Below are positions 1 to 10,795 of a stretch of DNA of 64,000 bases, one piece after another. The notes under the pieces are model-generated. The model saw nothing but the letters and a program-made list of their open reading frames with translations, had not been told where the DNA came from and ran no database searches. Numbering within the stretch: position 1 is the stretch's first letter; every line of letters begins with the position of its first letter. Both the position numbers and the translations under genes were made by a program. The stretch is from Prorocentrum cordatum (Eukaryota), in NCBI GenBank assembly GCA_963575745.1, contig CAUYUJ010000246.1, positions 1-64,000 on the forward strand, given 5' to 3'.

Positions 1-89
1 TTGCAGGCGCGCCGAAGAGGATTGCGCCGAAAAAGAAGGCAGCCGCGAAAAGCAAGCGAGGTGCGCATTTCCGAGGTGCGCAGAACCCA

Positions 90-3000
90 ATGTCCATGGC
101 GGCCGTTGCTGCGCGGCAGCGACGCGCGACTGGTGAGGATGGGGCGCCGTCGTCGTCTGGCGAGGACATGCCTGTCATCCCGGGAGTCACCGTCGACGAT
201 GCCGATTCGGGCGATGCTGCGGGGGCGTCCGTGCTTCGTCGACCTGCAGCTGCGGCCGCCACGCATGGCCGTGCGTCTGGGGACGAGAGCGATTCGGGTG
301 AGGACATGCCGCTGCTTCCAGGGGTTACGGTGGAAGAGGATGACGCGGGGGCTGCTCGGGCGCGATCGGACGCCGTCGCACCGCAGGCAGCGGCTGCGAG
401 GCGCGCTCTTCGGGGCGCGGCTTCGGCCGCGGCGCCGCCGAGCGATTCTGATGGCGAGGAGATGCCGGTCCTTCCTGGAGTGACCGTGGACGTCGGGGGT
501 GCTGACGATGGTGCAAGCGATTGCAGCGGGCCGGCCGCGCGTCCGCGCGGTGCCCGGAGAGCGCGCCGGAAGCGCGGGGCCGCGGACGGGGCGCTTGCGT
601 CCGAGGCAGAGTCCCGGCAGTTCCAGCCGGATTACGTGGACGAGGACCGCTGCAAAGGGCTGACGTGGGGGGGGGGGGCTGGGGGCGAGAGCAGTGCCGG
701 TTTCGGCCGAAGGCGGGGGGCGACGTGTGCGGGAAGTGCGCTCGATATGGGTGCCCGCACGGGCGCGTCAGGGGCCCGATTCCTGCAGGCGCGTTGGATA
801 AGTTCAAGGAGTTCGCGCTCAAGGCGAACAAGCCATCTAAGCAGTGGTACGCGCGGCACGCGATGTGGGACGTGGCGTCGAAGATGAAGCCTGAGCTGAA
901 GTCCTTGTGTGATGTGGACGATCACGGGCGATTTGTGTTAACGAACAGTGAGTACGAGCAGTGCCTCAAGCAAGTCCATGACAATCTCCGAATCCATAAG
1001 AATTATGGCCGTTCTGGCTTCGTATACGAGAAGGGGGGAGGGGTGCGGACACTGCAGGATCGCTGCGGGGAGGGAACTTCTCGGTTCGGATCGGAGAGGG
1101 AGTCCTACAATGGGCAGCAGGGGGGGAAGGTGTTCATGTGGTACAGCAGGGCGGTCTTCAACAAGTACCTGGGGCAGCTGCAAGCTTCCGAAATGAAATG
1201 TAGCGAGAAGGACTGCGTGGAGGCGTTGCGGTTGACCATCGAGGAGATCCGGCGGTACCCAATGAAGCAGCAGTATCTGAAGCCGTACGCAGGCCCGCAG
1301 TGCTATCCGCACATTGATCCGCGTTCGAAGGAGAACAGGCTGCACGCGAACGAGAAAATGGGGCATGCGCCCGGAGAGGATCCGCAGGGGGGCGGCGACG
1401 GCGGCGCCGGGCCCGAGGCGTGCGGGGGAGCCGACGACGGGGCGTCACACTTGTTCTGTATGCGGAATTGGGCGCAGTGCGATCGGTGCCACTGCTGGCG
1501 CCTGCTTCTGCCTGCCTGCGCTGCGCGCGCGCGAGGGGATGAGTATTACAAGGTTCGCGATGCCGACTTGGATTGGGAGGAGTGGTTGAGGGGGGCGGCG
1601 CTTCGGTGTGCGGCGGCGGCTGGTGCGTCGAGAGACCAGGACGCTGCGCTCGGTGGGGGGGGCGGCGACGCCGTGGAGGGTGCGATGCAGCAGGGCGGCG
1701 GCGCGGACGAGGGCGGCGGGGGGGGGGAGATGCGCGGCGGCGCTCGGAAGCGGCGCCTGGGGCGGAAGACGTCCGAGGCGGAGGCTGCCGAGCCCGCTTC
1801 GGTGCGCGGCGGGGCGCGGAAGCGGCGGCTGGGGCGCAAGACGTCCGAGGCAGAGGCTGCTGGGGGCGACGCGGGGCGCAGGGGCGCGGAGGAGGGGCGA
1901 GCTGGCGAAGGGGGCGCGGAGGTGCTGGAGGCGCGCCGGGGGCGCCGGAGACTCGAGCGCAAAACGTCCGCCGAAGAGAGGGCCGAAGCGGGCGGTGCGG
2001 TCCGCGGAGCCGTGGATGAGGAGGGCGGTGGTGACGAGGCTTGCGGCGGCATGGCGGAGTTATCGGCATCGGATTGCGACGACGAGCGTTCTGCGTCAGA
2101 TCATGAGTGCGCCTCGGAAGAAGACGCGGCACCGCTGCCGCGCGAGCTGCGCAGCGCGCTCGCTGCGGAGCTGGTGCGTTTCGCTGGTGCTGGGCCGCCG
2201 ACGGAGGCAGACTGGGCAGAGGCGCGAGCGGCCGAGGAGGGGCGCGGGAGCGCGCCGCGTCGCGCCGGAGGTGGGATGCGCGGGCGTGGGCAGTTGCGTC
2301 CGTGCCCCACCTCAAGGACAAGCGCATGTTGGCATTGGTCGGTGCCGTCCGCGAGTACCTGGTGTCGTGTCGTCAGTGCGGCAGGGGTAGTTTTCGGATC
2401 CAGGGGTCGGACGGCGACAAGTTGTGGGGTGCGCTGATGGAGCCGGGGCGGCCAGGGCGGTTCGGGCGCGTGCTGTTGGAGATGGAGGATCGCGCGCGCG
2501 GTCGTGATCCGAGCGCGGAGCGTTCGTCTTGGGAGGCGATAGCCGTGGAGGAGGATTTTCGTCGTCGCTCGAAGTGGCCCCGTGTGCGTTTCGAGTGTAG
2601 TATGTTGCAGACGCCGGTCGTGTCTGAGAGCGGCGGGACGCAGTGGCGGGCGGTGCGGTGCTGCGATGACCCGGACGGGGGCGATGCGGACGTTTTCCAG
2701 GCTCTGTGGCAGCGCGAGTCGCGTGTCGCGGCCGGGTTCGCAGCGAACGTGGTTCGGGATGACGACGTGGTCGGGTTGCCTGTGGAGCGGCCTGCCGGGT
2801 GGACAGAGCCCGCGCACATGGCGGGGGCGTGGTGGCGGGGCCAGGGCCCGCGGGAGCGCAGAGCGGAGGAGGGGGAGAACCCTGGGCGCGTCTGGGTGGG
2901 CCAGCTGCAGGAGGACGCGGCCGTGGCGGGGCTGCTGCCTGAGCGCTGCGCGGGCGAGCGCACTGCGAAAGAGGGGCTCGACGCGTTGCATCAGGCCGGT

Positions 3001-3100
3001 CAGGAAGCGCGGGGGGCGGGTCGCGCGGGGCGTGGTCGAGGGCGCCCGGCGAAGAAGCGCGGTCGGTACGGGAATGACTTGAGGGTTGTGCTCCGAAGTC
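90..3100 (+). pseudogene. N-terminal part of the Helitron polyprotein: low-complexity repeats, Cys/His knuckle, zf-CW-like motifs (frameshifted)
   Basis: Three GE(D/E)MPxxPGVTV repeats (~150-490). DEDRCKGLTWGGG then EQCRFRPK..CGKC..HGRV across a G-run frameshift at ~668-678. NWAQCDRCHCWRLL at 1466-1507. Two RGGARKRRLGRKTSEAEAA repeats. Confidence 0.5.
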
Positions 3101-3101
3101 G

Positions 3102-3930
3102 GTGGGCCCCGGGCGACCGCGCGCGCCCAGGGAAGCGGGAGTGTTTGTGTTTGCAGGCGCGCCAGAGGCTGGCCACTGGGAGTTCCGACCGCAGGCGGAG
3201 TTGCGCGATGCGTTTGGAACCGCGGGAGCGTTGACGCCCAAACTGGATCGCCGAGGCCGTGTCGAGGCAGGGGACGTACACCAGAAGTGCATGCTGCTGG
3301 CGATGAAGACGGTGCCGCTGCGCGTGGCGAAGTATGACGTGCAGCTGCGCGATGCGTCCGTGCGTGCCGTGCAGGCGGCGCAGGCGATCCTGACGCGCAT
3401 GGTGAAGTTCACGTGCCACGAGTGCCAGGAGCGGTTCCCAGCGTTCCACCCTGCCTTCGAGCCGCCGGACCAGCTGGCGGATGAGATGCTGCTGCTGCGT
3501 CGCGGCGGGGACGGGCTGGCTGCGTGCAGCACGGAGGTGGCCGAGTGGGACGAGGTGCCGCCGAGCGACCCGCCGGATGGTTTTGCCCTGGAGTGCGCGG
3601 GCGTGTGCATGCGGTGTAGGCGGGATCTGGACAAGCAGGCGGCGGCCGCGCCCACGGAAGACGACCTGTATCAGGTGGTGGGTCTCCGCTCCGCGGAGAA
3701 TCACATGGACCCGTGCTTCCGGTTCCCCTCCGATGACCTGCGCGACCTGTTCAACCAGGCCACGCTCACGGAGAGCCTGCTCATTGCTCTGGACCACATG
3801 CAGGTGCATCTGGCCACCGTGTCTCGGACAGGGCTGCGCAAGTTCCGCAAGAACATCATCTCGTTCCCGCAGGATGTGGCCGGGTTCGCGCGGCGTCACG
3901 AGCTAATGAAGGTACCGCGTCGGGGATCGC
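3102..3930 (+). pseudogene. Helitron pre-Rep segment (Cys motifs plus DUF6570-like region)
   Basis: CHECQERFP...CMRC, then ATLTESLLIALDHMQVHL...RKNIISFPQDV, which resembles the region preceding Rep in Helitron-like proteins. Frameshifts into the 3931 frame. Confidence 0.6.
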
Positions 3931-6900
3931 GTGAACTCGGTGCGCGGACCTGGCGAGCGCCCCGACGACCCGCACCGCCCGGAGCGCATTGCCGCGGGGG
4001 GCACGGACGAGGAGCGGCAGCGCTTCGGCGTGGACGTGTACGGGCGCCTGGTGTTTCCCGGTCGGGTCGCGGAGGTGCTGCTCAGTGGGGAAGTGATCAT
4101 CGACTACGCCCATGGCGGCAGGGGGAGGGAGCTTCAGGAGAACGTGGAGCCGCGGGTGATGCTGCCCTGGCACCCGAGGAAGGTGCCCTTCAGTCTGATG
4201 CTGCGGCGGAACGTTGGTTTCGGGAAGGAAGTGGTCGAGGGTCTGCACGTGCGCTGGCGCTACTGTGGGCACGTGCTGCGGGCGCTGTGCGCGTTCGCCG
4301 GCACGTGCGGGCCCTGGCGCCTGGGCGGCACTGCGAATGAGCCCATGCACAAGTACTACGACCCGCGTTTGTTTGATGTGCTGCCGGACGACGACATCAT
4401 CCGGTGCTATGCGCCGAAGGAGAGCGACGACGGCGCCGTGCTGTCGGGGGACGAGGCGGGGGAAGCCGAGGGGCCGAGGCCGGTGACTCGGGCGGAGGCC
4501 ATTGCCAGGGATACTGTGCCGTGTGGCGTCGACGTCGTCACGCCGCGGCAGTTCATTGCCGCGGGTTTCGACGTGCACTTCGTGGGGCCGCGTGATGAGG
4601 CTCAGCGAGGGGCGAGAGTCCGCGACGGCGACGGCGCACAGCGTGGCGACCAGGGCGGCCAGGACGCCGCGGGCGACGGTGGCGCGATGGAGGCAGATGA
4701 GGACCAGTTCGATGTTGGGGACGGAGACGAGGCCATGGCCGTCGATCACGATGTGTTCAGTGCTTGGCTCGAGAAGGCGCAGTTCAGGTACGGCGGGGCT
4801 GTGCAGCGATGGTGGGCGGGGCTGCAGCCGGAGGCGGAGGGCCATTTGGAGGGGCGGAAGTTTGGTGATGACGAGACGACGGAGGACCTGTTCGGGCGCT
4901 TGCTGGACGCGGCGCGGGGGGAGAGCACAGTGGTGGCCGTGCAGAGGGATCGGGTGCCCGTGGAGTGCGTGCGCGTCGATTTCCTCGTGGACTGGATCGG
5001 GCCGCGGGTCGGGGGGCCGTTCTCTGACCCAGACGGGGGCGTCACTCCGGAGGCGGTCCTGGACGATGTGATGCTGGAGTTGGCCATGGCTGGCAGGTTC
5101 GTGGGAGCTGCTCAGGACAAGGATACGGGGTGCGTGGAGGAGAATTTGCCGGAGTTTGACGAGGACGAGGTGGTCGCGCGGACGGGAGAGCGGATGATTT
5201 ACGGGTGGCCCGGCCAGAGTGACGACCCGATCCCGGCGCGCTCTGTCGGTCGCTTCGCGAGGGCGTTCCCGTTGGAGTTCCCGATGGGCATCGGCGATCT
5301 CTTCGAGGACCGCCCTCGCCGGGTCTCCGTGCAGGAGTGGGTGCAGCACCTGATGCGCTACCGCACCGGGCAGTTCGTTGGTGGTCCGCGTGGGCAGCGC
5401 GTGATGTGGGCTATGGTGAACGTGCTGCTCCTGAACGAGGCACGGGCGAAGGGCTTCGGCGTGTATCGGACCATGTACAGGCGGGCGGGGCTCGCGGTGC
5501 AGGGCCCGATTGTGATGACCAAGGGTGGGCTCAGGCAGATCTTGGAGAGCGAGGACCGGGTGCGGATCCTGGTGGGTCAGCTGGCGAACGTTGGGCGCGA
5601 CGTGCCCTCGACCACGATGCATTGGTCCTATGAGTCCAAGAAGTTGCAGAGTACCGTGAAGCACCTGTCCTGGCACCCGCCCTGGGTCGAGGGCCCTCTG
5701 GCGGACGGCGCGGAGCCTGTCGGCAGGCGGTTCCTGCGCAAGATGGACTTGCCGGCGGGGAACGGGCGGACTCAGCGCAGGCGGCCTCTCGTGCCGGATG
5801 TTGTCGGGCTCGGCCGGCACCCGTCCATCTGGTGGACTCAGAATCCGTTCTACAATGCCGCGTTTGACATTCAGCGCATGGGAGGAGGCCGGGGGGCGCG
5901 GGCGGCAGGGGAGCGCGCCCTCGGGGATTGGGTGGGTGACGGGCGAGAGGAGCGCTTTCGGTTCGCTCGGGACAACCCGGACCTGGTGGCGTACATGATG
6001 GCCCTGCGGGTGGAGCTGAGCATGCGGATGGTGATGCCCGCAGTGCTGCCGCACTCTGAGCAGTTCAAGTACATGGCCATGGCCAGGGCCGAGTGTGGCG
6101 CGGGAGGGAATCTGCACTACCACGGGTTCAGCGTAGGGTTGCCCGGGCCCGAGGTTGCGCGGGTGCGTGCGGACGTGGGCGGGGAGGGCGACATGCTCCC
6201 GCCGAGCGTGACCAGCGACTTGGCGGCGTGTTTGCCATCGCTGGAGGCGGGGCCGATGGCTTGTCCCCCGCAGGAGCAGAAGCGCCGCGCCGCTGCTCTC
6301 GCGGTCCTGGAGCAGGTGCTGCGCGCCGCGGCCGGCCGGCCAGGCGCGCGGGCATCCAGGGGTCGTGGGGGTGAGGGTACGGCGGCTTCAGGGTCTGGGA
6401 GTGAGGATGGCGCGGACGACGACGATGAGGATGAGTTCGTGGGCAGGGCTGACGCGCTGCTTGACGCGTTGGTGGATCGCGGGTGGTTGGTGATCGGTGA
6501 TGTTGATGAGGGTGCGCGAGGTCGGGGAGGAGAACGAGATGTCGCGTTCGAGCGTGTCGGCCGAGAGATTTCCGCGCCTGTGGACGCGCCGGGAGGGAGT
6601 CCTGTGGAGGACGGTGAGGGCGGTGACGGCGCAGAGGACGCCGGTGCGGGTCGGCCTGCTGGAGTTCCTGATGGGGCCCGCTTGCAGCGCTTGACGGGTG
6701 CTGGCGCTGATTTCGGCGTGCTGAAGCCAGAACACGAGCACGTTTCGCTGCAGAGCGTTCTGGAGAAGCGGTTCTATGAGTTCTTCGGGCACGTGGTCTC
6801 GGAGTGGAACCCCTGCTACGATGACGCGGGCGCGTGCAGATACGCGTGGGACGATGAGGTTGGGGCCTTCGATGTTGACGGGGAGATGGAAGACGAGGCT

Positions 6901-8139
6901 GCTGCTGAGACGTCGGAGGCCCGGGCGGTCCGGAGCGTGCCTGCGTCTGCGCCGGAGTGCTTGAACTTGCGGAAGGTTCTGGACGAGGCCTTTCAGTCCG
7001 AGGCAGCAGGGACGTTGGACGTGCAGCCGTTTCGGAGAATGGTGTCCGCGCTGGTGAAAAGGGTTGCGCGCCACACGAAGCATGGCATGGGTCCGCCGAA
7101 GCTCGGGGTACATGCGTGTGCGCGCGGAAAGGAGGGGTGCGTGTTCTGCCGGTATGATTTTCCGCGAGAGAGGTGGGGCCGCGTCGGGCCGAGACCGTTC
7201 CGGATGGAGAAGGGGCGCAGGGAGGGCCACTGGCAGGCGGTGTTCCCGAGGAACGACCGGCTCTGCAACAGCTCCGAGGAGCACGTGCTCCTGGCCAATA
7301 TGGGGAACATCGATTGGCGCCCCGTCCTGAACCTGTGGGCCGTTGTGGAGTACGTCACGAAATATGCGACGACAGCGCCCAAGGGCTCGCGGAAGATCAA
7401 GGAGGTGCTGGACGACGCCGTCAACGAGGTCTGCGCGTACGTTCCCGACGGCGAGGGCACCGACTTCCTCCGACGCTCGATCCAGAAGTTCTTCGCTCGG
7501 ATGCTCGGGGAGAGGGATTACCATTGTTACGAAGTGGTGCTGCTGGGGTTGCGCTTGCCAATGGTCTTGTCCATGATGCCCGTCGTGACTCTGAACACGA
7601 CGGGCGCGCGTGCCCTGAAGCCTGCGTCCGCACTGCGGGACAAGTCGGAGGATGAGCCGGTTCACTGGGATAGCAAAGTGGACAAGTTCGACAAGCGCCT
7701 GGAGTTCGGGCGGCGCCAGCGGGCCCGGGGAGACGGGTCCATCACGGAGGAGGAGGTGCGCGATGTGTCACTCTTCGAGTTTTACTGGAAGTACGCCGTG
7801 TATCGAGGGAAGCTGAGGCGCGGGAACCCTGCGGTGTGCCTGCAGGTGACGCCCGGCTATAGCGCGGAGTGTGCGAACGTGGAGCACGCCTGCCACGAGG
7901 CGTACGCGCGGGCGAACGTCATCGCGCACTGGCTGCACATGGCGACGGCGGACCGCAGAGCCATGATCGGTGCAGAGATGCGGCGCGACGTCCGCCCTGT
8001 GCCGGAAGTCTGCATTGGGGCCACGGATTTCGTGCCCCATGCTGGGGGCGATCGGTTCCTGGGAGTGCAGGATCTGTGGTTCAAGTCGGGGGGGGCGGCT
8101 TGGAGGGGCAGGGGGGATCGGTTCTGGGAGATATGTTGA
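3931..8139 (+). CDS. Helitron Rep (HUH-Y2 rolling-circle endonuclease) region
   Basis: AFPLEFPMG (~5263), RDNPDLVAY, HUH motif ECGAGGNLHYHG (6091-6126), CRYDFPR, PRNDRLCN, NMGNIDWRPV, Y2 motif EYVTKYAT (7348-7371), GERDYHCYEV. Confidence 0.88.
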   Translation: MNSVRGPGERPDDPHRPERIAAGGTDEERQRFGVDVYGRLVFPGRVAEVLLSGEVIIDYAHGGRGRELQENVEPRVMLPWHPRKVPFSLMLRRNVGFGKEVVEGLHVRWRYCGHVLRALCAFAGTCGPWRLGGTANEPMHKYYDPRLFDVLPDDDIIRCYAPKESDDGAVLSGDEAGEAEGPRPVTRAEAIARDTVPCGVDVVTPRQFIAAGFDVHFVGPRDEAQRGARVRDGDGAQRGDQGGQDAAGDGGAMEADEDQFDVGDGDEAMAVDHDVFSAWLEKAQFRYGGAVQRWWAGLQPEAEGHLEGRKFGDDETTEDLFGRLLDAARGESTVVAVQRDRVPVECVRVDFLVDWIGPRVGGPFSDPDGGVTPEAVLDDVMLELAMAGRFVGAAQDKDTGCVEENLPEFDEDEVVARTGERMIYGWPGQSDDPIPARSVGRFARAFPLEFPMGIGDLFEDRPRRVSVQEWVQHLMRYRTGQFVGGPRGQRVMWAMVNVLLLNEARAKGFGVYRTMYRRAGLAVQGPIVMTKGGLRQILESEDRVRILVGQLANVGRDVPSTTMHWSYESKKLQSTVKHLSWHPPWVEGPLADGAEPVGRRFLRKMDLPAGNGRTQRRRPLVPDVVGLGRHPSIWWTQNPFYNAAFDIQRMGGGRGARAAGERALGDWVGDGREERFRFARDNPDLVAYMMALRVELSMRMVMPAVLPHSEQFKYMAMARAECGAGGNLHYHGFSVGLPGPEVARVRADVGGEGDMLPPSVTSDLAACLPSLEAGPMACPPQEQKRRAAALAVLEQVLRAAAGRPGARASRGRGGEGTAASGSGSEDGADDDDEDEFVGRADALLDALVDRGWLVIGDVDEGARGRGGERDVAFERVGREISAPVDAPGGSPVEDGEGGDGAEDAGAGRPAGVPDGARLQRLTGAGADFGVLKPEHEHVSLQSVLEKRFYEFFGHVVSEWNPCYDDAGACRYAWDDEVGAFDVDGEMEDEAAAETSEARAVRSVPASAPECLNLRKVLDEAFQSEAAGTLDVQPFRRMVSALVKRVARHTKHGMGPPKLGVHACARGKEGCVFCRYDFPRERWGRVGPRPFRMEKGRREGHWQAVFPRNDRLCNSSEEHVLLANMGNIDWRPVLNLWAVVEYVTKYATTAPKGSRKIKEVLDDAVNEVCAYVPDGEGTDFLRRSIQKFFARMLGERDYHCYEVVLLGLRLPMVLSMMPVVTLNTTGARALKPASALRDKSEDEPVHWDSKVDKFDKRLEFGRRQRARGDGSITEEEVRDVSLFEFYWKYAVYRGKLRRGNPAVCLQVTPGYSAECANVEHACHEAYARANVIAHWLHMATADRRAMIGAEMRRDVRPVPEVCIGATDFVPHAGGDRFLGVQDLWFKSGGAAWRGRGDRFWEIC

Positions 8140-10780
8140 TGGAGATGCTCACGGACCCGATGCTCCGACAGTGGGTGCCGGCGTGGGTCGTGGAGCAGTA
8201 CGAACGCGCGAATCCGTTCTACAAGGTGGTGCTGGGCGCAATCTTGGAGGCTGGTGGGGTGCGGACCAACCGCGAGCTGCTGAGGCGGACGCGCCGCGAG
8301 ATGGTGCGTCGGCACCGGGCGCGGCAGCAGGGGCGTGACGCTGGGGCGGGCGACGCCGCGGGCGACGTGTGGGGCCAGTATTCCGACGGTGGCTCGAGGG
8401 AGGGTGACGCTGGCAGAGAGAGCGATGCGGCGGAGTCGGGGGAGGACGTGGAGGAGCTGGTGGACAGACTCGCGCAGAACGCCGAGGACGATCCCCACGA
8501 GGAGCCTCGGGATATCGTGTTGCGCGACCCGCGACCAGGGGAGGGTGTGGAGGGTGCCGCAGGTGCGGGGGAGGTGTCCGAGTGGGATCGCCGCCCAGCG
8601 GATGAGCGTGTTTGCGCGGCGGGCCCCGCGGTGCAGGCGGCAGACGTGCGCGTCGGGGATGTGGCGCGGGAGGACGTTCGCGGGAGGGTGCGTGTGAACC
8701 CGAAGGATTTCAATTGGCTGGATGAACCGTGCAATGTGTCGACAGGGGAGAAGCGGCGCCTCGAGGAGCTGCGGGATGTCTGGTACGGCAAGGCCAACGT
8801 GGGTGACGGGGCCGAGGTCGTCTTGCGCGAAGACCTGGACCCCTGGCAGAAGTTTGCCCACGACATCGTTATTGATGGACGCCACTCCGAGAAGGACCCG
8901 CTCCGCCTGATGGTCACGGGCGTGGCAGGCACGGGGAAGTCGCGCACGGTGCGTAGTTTTGTGGCGGCGAGGCGACAGAGGGCGCGACAGACGGCTCCGC
9001 GGACCAGAATGGATCGGGTGCCGGGCCTCCGGGGTGGGATGCGGGAGGGAAGGCGCTCTCAGTCGGAGATTGATGAGGAGGTGCGGAATTGCTGTTTGCT
9101 GGCTGCTCCGACAGGGTGCGCCTCGTTCCAGTTGAAGTATGTGGCGACTACTCTGCACAGGGCTTTCGGCGTTCCGGTGGGGTACTGCGGGCCTTGGAAG
9201 CAAAAGGGCGGTGAACGCTTCTTGCGGACGCGGGACCGGTTGCGGCAGGCGAAGCTGTTTGTGTTGGATGAGATGAGTATGATCGGGCGGCAGATGTTGG
9301 GGAAGATCGAGTACAAGGTGCAGGACACTCTGGGCACGGATGCGAAGTTTGCGGCACGCGGAGGAGGCGGAATAGGAGGAAAGGGGAGGAAGATGGAGGA
9401 GGACGAGCCAGTGTATCTCGGCGGGAAGGATGTCGTGCTGGCAGGAGATCCGCAGCAGGCGCCGCCCATCGGCGACGATCCGTTGTATCGAATGGTCAAG
9501 TATGAGGGGCATGGGAAAAATAAGCCGAGGGGGGCGGAGCGCACTCCAGACGATGCGTGGAGCACGGAGAAGTTGGTGGCCACGGGCCAGTTTGTGCGCA
9601 ATACGTTCCATGACGTCGCCGTGCTACGGCGCGTGCACAGATGGAGTGGGAAGAAGGAGGGTCTGTCCGCCGAGCGGCAGGCGGAGTACCGGCGGGATGC
9701 CGATCGTTTTCGGGAGGTGACCAAAGGAATGGCGCAGTGCACGTGGGACCAGTCGGATCATGCGTGGTTGAGGCGCCGGAACAGGTCGGTGCTGCAGATG
9801 ACGAAGGAGGGCAGGGAGTAGCTCGCAGCGTTCGAGACGGCGCCGCTGCTGATGGATGGCAGGAAGGATCGGGCGTCGGGTGCCTGCGGCGCGGATAGGG
9901 TGAACCTGGAGAGGCTGTACCATGTGGCGGCTGCCAGTGGCAAGCCCATTGCGTCTCTGCGCGCCTATCACAATTGAAAGGATAAAAGTAAATCTCGGCC
10001 GGAAGAGATGGCGGCCGACGATTTCCGAGGGATCGAGAACGAGCTTCACATGTGTGAAGGGGCGCGCGTGCTGCTGACGCAGAACTTGTGGGTCGAGGCG
10101 GGGTTGATGAACGGGGCGATGGGCACGCTGCGCGGGTACATGTGCCGGACGGGGCGGACCCGCACAACAGTGCGCGCCCGGATCTGCAGGCGCCCATTTG
10201 TGTTTTCGTCGAGTTCGACGACGTCGATCTGGGAAAGGACGAGAATGGCGAGTCGCGGTCTTTCTTCAAGAACGATCCTGTGCGCAAGAACTGGGTGCCC
10301 ATCTGGAGGCAGACTGTATCGTCCACGACGGAGAACGGCCTCGCGCGCGAGAACTACCCGCTGCAGCTGGCGTGGGCTTTGACGCACTGGAAGGCGCAGG
10401 GGATGACGTTGGCGAAAGTCCGCGTGCACATGTCGGAGAAGACCGCGGCCGTCGCTGGGATCGGGTTCGTCGCAACGACGCGCGTCAGGCATCCGTGGGA
10501 CTTGGTGTTCGAGGAAGACTTGCCGGAGTACGCGGACTTCATGCGGGCCAGGCACACGACGGCGTTCCGGGAGCGCCGTCGGTTCGAGCTGCGGTTGGAG
10601 GCGCGCGCTTCGGCAACGTTGCGGAAGTATGGGTACTGCGAGGCGGATTTGTGGACCGCAGAGGAGAGGTGTGCGGCGGGGAGATTGTTGGGCCGTCTCG
10701 AGACCGTCCGTGCGGCGCAGGCGGAGAGGCTCAGAGGTCTGAACAGAGTGGTGGATGATGACACTTGGCTCTGGGGTTAG
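8133..10780 (+). pseudogene. PIF1-family SF1B DNA helicase of the Helitron (in-frame stop and frameshifts)
   Basis: Walker A GVAGTGKS (8919-8942), LAAPTGCAS, TTLHRAFG, Walker B LDEMSMIG, GDPQQAPPI, LLTQNLWVEAGLMNGAMG, YPLQLAWALTHWKAQGMTL. TAG at 9819-9821; frameshifts near 9975 and 10145. Confidence 0.92.
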
Positions 10781-10795
10781 GACGGCGCGCCGTGC

